IMG/VR virus record: IMGVR_UViG_3300045988_063953
From: a virus
Strand: one strand, 5' to 3'
Length of the DNA stretch: 64,000 bases
Within the stretch, counting starts at the first letter, position 1. Every line of letters begins with the position of its first letter. A model generated the notes under the pieces. The model searched no databases, was not told the origin of the DNA, and saw only the letters and a program-made list of their open reading frames with translations. Positions 56,001 to 61,222 of this stretch are shown one piece after another. The position numbers were made by a program, and so were the translations under genes.

Positions 56001-57272
56001 ATGATTATTTCTGCCACTAATACTGTTTTCACCAAAGTATTTACCAAAATGTTGTTTAAGATAAGCAAGTAGTTCTGGGTATTCAATTATATGAATAAAA
56101 TCAATACCTTTTTTAAGTTCTAATTTATACTCGCTTTCACCATTAAAAGTATATACTACAGTATTAAGAGTTTCATTTACAGTACCAATATTATCTTCTT
56201 TAATAAAACCAAGACGAGCTTTTACTCTATCAGCAAATACTTGAAGATTCTCATTATAATTAGTTTCTTTGAAGTTAGCAATGTAAAGTCTATTTTCATA
56301 GTTTTCAATATTCTCTACATTATATAGATTGAAAACATTATCAAGTAAATCATTTACATCAGCTTCTTTAGGATTCTTAGCATCAAATACAAACTCATTA
56401 TCTTCAGTACATTCAAATGTTCTCCATTTACGAGCAACAGTCTTACCTTCATGTTGAAGAATATAACCTACTTGATAATTCTTATAACTATATGTTTTAT
56501 TAAGTTTAATTCTAAACTTAAAGTTATAAGGACAATCAGCAGATACACTATTATAAATTCCACTTACTTGAGTATGTAATGCTTCATTTTCATTATCACT
56601 ATTACCTTTAGAATAACGATGGTCTATAAGAGTTTTATTTTTAAGAGAAAGAGCATATTGTGGAATACCTATTGGAAACCATTTAGTATAAAAGTTATCA
56701 CTAATTTCATATCTAATAAAAAAGTAATATAAACCATTAGGCATATTATTACCAAATTCTTTAGATATAAGTTTCATATTAGCAATAGGAATTAGAGGAG
56801 CTACTTCATAAGTAGCCTCTAAATCATGCTCACTACAAGTATTAAGATTAATAGTCTTAAGAGGAATAGTAATATTAGAAGAAGAATCTTTAGGGGATTC
56901 AGCAATACTAATAATAAGTTCTTTATTAACGTTATATGTATAAGTACCTTTAATTCTTCCCTCAGACCATTTCCAAGCACACTTTACATCTTCTACTGTA
57001 ATATCAGATGTATTATTTATTTCCTTAAGTCTATAGATATGACTACTCTTGTCATCTTTATCATAAGTAAAAACAACAATTTCTTCTACACAAGGAATAA
57101 ACCCAACAATCTCTCCTTGAAGACGATTGTCAGGAATTGCTTTAACAAAGCCATCATCATTTGTAATAGCTGTACCATCTTCAGTAATCTTAATATTTTT
57201 AGCAAATACCATACTACCATTAGGTACATTATGAGGACTTTTATTCAAATTAAGAGATTTAACTATATCCAT
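53034..57272 (-). CDS. large virion structural protein (tail-associated type)
   Basis: 1412-aa ORF in the late operon. No enzymatic motif recognised. Confidence 0.75.
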   Translation of the reverse strand: MDIVKSLNLNKSPHNVPNGSMVFAKNIKITEDGTAITNDDGFVKAIPDNRLQGEIVGFIPCVEEIVVFTYDKDDKSSHIYRLKEINNTSDITVEDVKCAWKWSEGRIKGTYTYNVNKELIISIAESPKDSSSNITIPLKTINLNTCSEHDLEATYEVAPLIPIANMKLISKEFGNNMPNGLYYFFIRYEISDNFYTKWFPIGIPQYALSLKNKTLIDHRYSKGNSDNENEALHTQVSGIYNSVSADCPYNFKFRIKLNKTYSYKNYQVGYILQHEGKTVARKWRTFECTEDNEFVFDAKNPKEADVNDLLDNVFNLYNVENIENYENRLYIANFKETNYNENLQVFADRVKARLGFIKEDNIGTVNETLNTVVYTFNGESEYKLELKKGIDFIHIIEYPELLAYLKQHFGKYFGENSISGRNNHTLKISDAYLLLTNTTIKFYDKNRTDYTEYAQNDIVLDYKGVLGGPGGSAEVYNCRMRKDRIKISSEANVKYSTSIYIDEVKRSLMPNSVYKFYIHYVREDGTFTNGLPIKNDNDTSVPDAVKITGKTRVPIGVSSEYQIGNLGGCNIDIDGFTPNAADDLTKCKELKDKHIYELYPNSYYNVAGIGKFGYYKNYNNDVLFATGNSISISDNKLIRNTICFNNITVPDGYVGFFISYEKPENLIVTTVKCIDSDNSLFKASDVEIGLNNYIGAVYHTIAKADDAGNYSTADANEPYFAYIKASSISISNIQTKLDTTTINTTGREGCIHLDLVHMDGTVFKPALNSVAQIRMFNRNVYCGTNKVLIPFGPVVATEKGNVYSYGEFPTYPNKIKGDDWEIEEEDLDHAGLDNPDINLVVNEDYNLPAFLTVDKYLKYTRAIYIDDNTGKVYDIDGNNNIAKEPTTKEDYYAKLYTFRKFSNFNLDAISIKKEPEILVGVIGESTSKNHTKTINTVVKPINATDLIEYKIDFKEQVHKQYTNFNANRRDTSVRKSIIRRSNVIQDESVENSWRFFGANAYKVINKNKGNITNLLGIGNMFYIHTEHSLLAMDKNSMLKTENQEIQLATPDLFDVEPKELFTAQHGFGGLQLPDAWCVNHNGYWFFDSANKRIYNFDDNKFNDITLDIINWIDNKTIKDIRFITDFKHDRILICIRFSSDDIKDDYATFSYNMTSKRYISTHDYYFTESINTKNNAYFFDKVVKNNIYKYSRTNIGDYQYLANNTFGFPDNHEVVTVQDKNGKTKPVAIQSSVFDIIFNSEFGIPRMLESVRYVLNKNIKYEDVSFSRMAETFTNDGTYDETNRYSGDILRIYTDQTDSGNLDISQPDVINVLNNYKVPHFERGVWQLNYFRNYLDAIDVDKELMAKYNIKSLDDLTEQQRKRYDEIKANYSLSDHKSLIYGKYIVLRFIFRNIDDRLPFVINDVDINIKPY

Positions 57273-57278
57273 ATCTTA

Positions 57279-58028
57279 TTATCCTCTTGGTCTAAATGTA
57301 CTATTATAAAAGAAATTATTCCAACCAGTATTATCTTTACTAATCTTAATCTTAACAGAAGCAGCAGCTCTACTCTTAAGACTATTCCATTGATGAAATG
57401 GATTAATAACTTGATTAGGAGAAGTTAGACTATATACTGGATGATGACTTCCTCTACTAAGATACTTGAACAAACAATACCAAGCAAGAGCTTCAAGAAG
57501 AAGACCATCGTCATAAATATAAGGAACATCACAATCAAAATAATCATCGTGATAAGTAGCAACCTCGTAAGTTTCAACATCTATAGAATCTGTTTCAAAA
57601 TTAAGTTCAATACAATTACCTTGTAGAACAAAACCTTTATCTTGATAACCATTACCAATATTGACAACTTTCATAAAGTTTTTACCACTTTTATTACTAT
57701 CATCAATAACGGCAATTTCCTGTTGTGGAACAGAACCTACATTTCTATTACCACAACAGGAATTGTTACTATTAATAGGTTGTATTTCACAACCATTCTT
57801 ATCATAAACTTTAATCTCAGTTGCATTAAGTTCACAAGGAAATAATGCAAGACGCTCACTAACTTCAAGTGTTCTACGTTTTCGTTCCATTGGTAGAACC
57901 TTTAGTTGAGATAGAGCATCAATAGTCCAAGCAGCAACTCGAGGAATCCAATCACTTTCACTAAGATTGAAATCGTTATCAATCTTACCTATTAGTCGCT
58001 GAATAGTTATGTTTGTCTTGATTTTCAT
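57279..58028 (-). CDS. hypothetical virion-block protein
   Basis: 249-aa ORF that overlaps the upstream gene by 44 nt. Confidence 0.65.
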   Translation of the reverse strand: MKIKTNITIQRLIGKIDNDFNLSESDWIPRVAAWTIDALSQLKVLPMERKRRTLEVSERLALFPCELNATEIKVYDKNGCEIQPINSNNSCCGNRNVGSVPQQEIAVIDDSNKSGKNFMKVVNIGNGYQDKGFVLQGNCIELNFETDSIDVETYEVATYHDDYFDCDVPYIYDDGLLLEALAWYCLFKYLSRGSHHPVYSLTSPNQVINPFHQWNSLKSRAAASVKIKISKDNTGWNNFFYNSTFRPRG

Positions 58029-58932
58029 TTCTTATAAATTTAGCATATAAAAGTTTATCAGCTTTATTACATAATGCAAGTTTAGTTCTAATATCAACAT
58101 CTAACTCACAAATCTTTTTAGGGTCATTATCACACATTTCAAGTAAATCATCATGAGTAGTACCTCTAAGTTTAGCTGCTCTATAATCAGAACTTTCAAA
58201 TTCTAAATCATACTTAAATTTACATTGAGGATAAAGTAAAGGAATCTCATAATAATACTCATCATTCTTATAAATACGATAATCAACAGCATTATATTCA
58301 ACTCCTATTCGTTTACAATATTCAGCTTCAGCTTTATTCCAAAGATGTTTACCTTCATCAATAAATCTTTCTTTGTTCTTTCTTGTAGCTTCAAAATCAA
58401 GCATTGGATAACCCCGATGTACCTTGCATCTATTAATACATAGATAACCAATACGATTACCAAATTGATAAGCCTCACCATCAAGTATCATATGTTTATG
58501 AACACCATAATAAAAATCTTTTATTATTTGAGTATAATCTTTATACTTAATAGAAAGAACTCTTTCAGCAAGATGAATTTGCTTTTCAAGATTATAAATA
58601 GCTTTATGAAGTTTAGCAAGACTATAAAGGTCATAAAGTTCCATAACCATAACATGATTATCTTTCTTATTAAGAAATAGTCTTTTAGCTATTCGATAAA
58701 ACTCTCCATTATCATAAGCATTATTCCTAAACTCAATAATATTGTTAAGGTCTAAATTATAATGCTCTTTATAATACTCTACATTATTACAAATATCATC
58801 ATATAATTCAGCAGCTTGAACCAATAGTTTTTGTCTTTCTTCAGTACATCTATCATACTTTATTTGGAAAGCTCTTTGACAACTATTGTAATAGTCTTTT
58901 CTGTTTGTTGGTATATCTTTTATAGCAGCCAT
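57985..58932 (-). CDS. hypothetical virion-block protein
   Basis: 315-aa ORF. Confidence 0.7.
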   Translation of the reverse strand: MAAIKDIPTNRKDYYNSCQRAFQIKYDRCTEERQKLLVQAAELYDDICNNVEYYKEHYNLDLNNIIEFRNNAYDNGEFYRIAKRLFLNKKDNHVMVMELYDLYSLAKLHKAIYNLEKQIHLAERVLSIKYKDYTQIIKDFYYGVHKHMILDGEAYQFGNRIGYLCINRCKVHRGYPMLDFEATRKNKERFIDEGKHLWNKAEAEYCKRIGVEYNAVDYRIYKNDEYYYEIPLLYPQCKFKYDLEFESSDYRAAKLRGTTHDDLLEMCDNDPKKICELDVDIRTKLALCNKADKLLYAKFIRNENQDKHNYSATNR

Positions 58933-58935
58933 ATT

Positions 58936-59616
58936 TTATCCATTATATTTAACACCGTCGGGAACTTCATCAGTTTCACGAACATTACTAAGTAAATCTC
59001 TTTTATAAATAATATCTTTAATTTTACCAATCATATCTTCTGAAAGAAGAAACTCATTATCACCAAAAGTAACATCCCAATGGTCAACTTCTCCATTAGC
59101 TTCCATAATCTCTGTAGGATGTTCAAAAGCACCTTCAATAATAACATTATCTAAATTAAACTTTTGATTATTACTTGGAAATATATAAATATAACCTTTT
59201 ATGTAATCATAACAAGCACCACAAAGACCAGGTACATGTTTACGAAAACGAGCAGATGTTTCTTTGATAAAAGGAAACTCTCTATTATATTGCCAACCAA
59301 CAGAACTTACTCTGTCAAAAGGAAGATTATTTGTAAGACGAATTGGAGTAGGAACTTTAGTAGTACTACGTTTAATCTTTCCAACACCAGTTACTTCTTT
59401 TGGATAATCTATATCTCCGTCATTTACTTCGATAAGAGAAACTCTAAATCTTTGAGTAAGTCCTTTATCAACATATCCGTGATTCTCATAACTCTGTCGT
59501 ATGAGTTCATTACGAGTATGCAAGATAAGTACTCGAAGATTCTCTCTAAGAACATGATTATTAGGTTGTTTTAGAGAATGAGCAACTTCACTTACAAGTT
59601 GATTAATACTTGCCAT
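58936..59616 (-). CDS. hypothetical virion-block protein (start trimmed to MASINQLVSEV)
   Basis: The 75 N-terminal codons of the track ORF cover a promoter box and the motif hairpin, so I prefer the internal Met at 59616. Confidence 0.6.
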   Translation of the reverse strand: MASINQLVSEVAHSLKQPNNHVLRENLRVLILHTRNELIRQSYENHGYVDKGLTQRFRVSLIEVNDGDIDYPKEVTGVGKIKRSTTKVPTPIRLTNNLPFDRVSSVGWQYNREFPFIKETSARFRKHVPGLCGACYDYIKGYIYIFPSNNQKFNLDNVIIEGAFEHPTEIMEANGEVDHWDVTFGDNEFLLSEDMIGKIKDIIYKRDLLSNVRETDEVPDGVKYNG

Positions 59617-59648
59617 ATTATTAACATTAAAAATTAGATTTATTCTAA

Positions 59649-59668
59649 CTCCCCCGTAAAGGCAATGT
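59649..59668 (+). repeat. GC-rich motif copy O
   Basis: ctcccccgtaaaggcaatgt. In the leader region of the late operon. Confidence 0.85.
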
Positions 59669-59677
59669 GTAAAGCTA

Positions 59678-59697
59678 ACATCTCTTTTACAGGGGAG
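59678..59697 (-). repeat. GC-rich motif copy O' (degenerate, inverted partner of O)
   Basis: acatctcttttacaggggag. Its core lies 25 nt from the core of O and forms an imperfect hairpin with it. Confidence 0.65.
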
Positions 59698-59775
59698 GTA
59701 TTGTTTATTATCAGTTTCACTATCTACTTCACTATCAATAACAATAGTAGTTCCACTATTATTATCTTTTACTGC

Positions 59776-59783
59776 CAAATATA
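59776..59783 (-). promoter_or_regulatory. Bacteroidota-type -7 promoter box TATATTTG (late operon)
   Basis: caaatata on the + strand. Lies downstream of the terminator at 59927-59970 and upstream of the CDS starting at 59616. Confidence 0.5.
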
Positions 59784-59829
59784 CAAAAGTTATGGCTATT
59801 AGCCAAACAGAATGTGCTTGCAGATTAAT

Positions 59830-59845
59830 TTGTGTGCGCACACAA
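59830..59845. promoter_or_regulatory. perfect 16-bp palindrome TTGTGTGCGCACACAA (operator-like)
   Basis: Self-complementary and GC-rich. Lies about 47 nt upstream of the - strand -7 box. Confidence 0.5.
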
Positions 59846-59914
59846 CGTGTGATTTGACGGGTCGATTATATGTTAATCAGCTGACTTATAATTAATTAGC
59901 CAACTCGAAATTAA

Positions 59915-59970
59915 TATATTAAAATAAATACTCAGCTTAAATGAGTTTAACCATCATCAAGCTGAGTATT
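59915..59970 (-). terminator. intrinsic terminator after the membrane-protein trio
   Basis: 12-bp stem aatactcagctt / aagctgagtatt. On the - strand it is followed by tattttaat. Confidence 0.7.
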
Positions 59971-59993
59971 AATAGCAAAAGTTATTGTAGTGT

Positions 59994-60317
59994 TTACATC
60001 ACATCATCTATCTTCTTATAGTCAATATCAAGTTTCTTACATATTGGCTTTAATATCCAAGTCCAAAATACAGGAGCAAGAATAGAACTATTAAGAAGAA
60101 GTTTTGGATTATGGTCAATAAAGTAATAAGCAGTACCTATAACAAGAATAGAAGAAATAAGTACAAGACGCTTGCCCCAAACAGGAACAACTTTATCTCC
60201 ATTAAGTTCATCAATAAGTTTGATTATAAGATATGTTGCTACATTAATTATAACACAATATCCGAAATCAAAACTATTAATGATTAGATTAAATATATTT
60301 TGAATTATATCAGACAT
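59994..60317 (-). CDS. membrane protein (holin-like candidate)
   Basis: 107 aa with about three hydrophobic helices. A terminator hairpin lies downstream. Confidence 0.55.
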   Translation of the reverse strand: MSDIIQNIFNLIINSFDFGYCVIINVATYLIIKLIDELNGDKVVPVWGKRLVLISSILVIGTAYYFIDHNPKLLLNSSILAPVFWTWILKPICKKLDIDYKKIDDVM

Positions 60318-60323
60318 ATAAAT

Positions 60324-60599
60324 TTATACTATTGCAAACAATGAACCAATAATACTGCCAACTACATCAGCAATAATATCTTTACTATCAAAAACATTAT
60401 CAGGTTCTTTACTGTCTTTTTTCTCTTTAAGATATCCAATAAGAATAATAATTATATTAGCTATAACAAGAGAAGCTATTAGCCCTACAAGAGGACTAAT
60501 AGCTTTAACAATAAAGAAACTAATTACAAAACAAACATCAATATGTAGAAGTTTATCTTGTTGAATCTTACTAACAAGAGTTATTAGTTTCTTATACAT
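60324..60599 (-). CDS. membrane protein
   Basis: I prefer the internal Met (MYKKLITLV). Has two or three hydrophobic helices. Confidence 0.5.
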   Translation of the reverse strand: MYKKLITLVSKIQQDKLLHIDVCFVISFFIVKAISPLVGLIASLVIANIIIILIGYLKEKKDSKEPDNVFDSKDIIADVVGSIIGSLFAIV

Positions 60600-60604
60600 A
60601 ACAC

Positions 60605-60868
60605 TTACTTGAATAATAATGTCAGACCACAACCAACAACACAACCAATGATACCTACACAAAGATTAAATACTTTGAATTTAGCACCATCACCACTTAT
60701 CATAGTGTTAGCAATTTGAAGAACAAAACTACCACAAGCACCAAATAGTAGTGAAAGCCAAATACCATTAGTAGGTGTACCACTCTTAATCTGAACTACT
60801 TCAGTAATAACACCAATAACAACTAAAATAGCTGTTGTAAACCAAACTTTGTCTAATAATTTAACCAT
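60605..60868 (-). CDS. membrane protein (holin-like candidate)
   Basis: 87 aa with three hydrophobic segments rich in Gly, Cys and Val. Confidence 0.55.
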   Translation of the reverse strand: MVKLLDKVWFTTAILVVIGVITEVVQIKSGTPTNGIWLSLLFGACGSFVLQIANTMISGDGAKFKVFNLCVGIIGCVVGCGLTLLFK

Positions 60869-60895
60869 AACATTAAATATTTAATAATTAATACT

Positions 60896-60918
60896 ATTAA
60901 GTTGATTATCAACTTAAT
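60896..60918 (-). terminator. hairpin overlapping the stop codon of the 60914..61219 CDS
   Basis: attaagttgat t atcaacttaat, 11-bp stem. Confidence 0.4.
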
Positions 60919-61219
60919 CTTTTATTTCATATACACCATCAGGTTTATTAATTAAATCATTCTCTTGAATGAAATCATTAACTTTCTTTGCAATACTCTT
61001 AGCTTGTTTACGCCATTCTTGCATATCGTTAAACTCTTTTAGATACTCTTCATTAGTAGTATCTGAAAGATAGTTATTTACTATTGCCTCAACTTGTGAA
61101 GCAGAATATCTCTCTCTGATAATAGTATCTATAATATTAGGCACCTTACAATCATTAAGTATGACACCAAATATGTCTGATAGTATTCTAATACTATTAT
61201 TATATTTTTCTACATACAT
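60914..61219 (-). CDS. hypothetical protein
   Basis: 101-aa soluble-looking ORF that starts 3 nt after the upstream stop. Confidence 0.6.
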   Translation of the reverse strand: MYVEKYNNSIRILSDIFGVILNDCKVPNIIDTIIRERYSASQVEAIVNNYLSDTTNEEYLKEFNDMQEWRKQAKSIAKKVNDFIQENDLINKPDGVYEIKD

Positions 61220-61222
61220 AAC

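Noticed and set aside
27192-57428. Dozens of + strand track ORFs of 60-234 aa lying antisense inside the giant and virion genes (for example 28470..28736, 30477..30986, 33939..34499, 42021..42725, 44943..45389, 53583..54095, 56826..57428).
   Set aside because: Their translations are low-complexity and rich in I, F, N, S, K and T. They are shadow frames produced by the strong A/T-ending codon bias of the real - strand genes, and all are fully contained in much longer ORFs.
57985-58028. The 44-nt overlap between the 315-aa and 249-aa genes as a programmed frameshift site.
   Set aside because: No slippery heptamer or downstream structure was recognised. The downstream gene has its own ATG, and short overlaps are common in this operon.
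2167-59697. Reading the repeated motif as a CRISPR array, a Shine-Dalgarno element or a terminator family.
   Set aside because: Spacing is kilobases, not tens of nt, and the orientation alternates, so it is not a CRISPR array. GGAGG-containing copies are too far from start codons to act as SD elements (24 nt at thyX). Most copies sit mid-ORF with no partner stem or T tract, so they are not terminators.
59617-59841. The N-terminal 75 codons of the 301-aa track ORF (start at 59841).
   Set aside because: This stretch covers a TATATTTG promoter box and the motif hairpin. It reads as low-quality peptide, and a clean start (MASINQLVSEV) exists at 59616.
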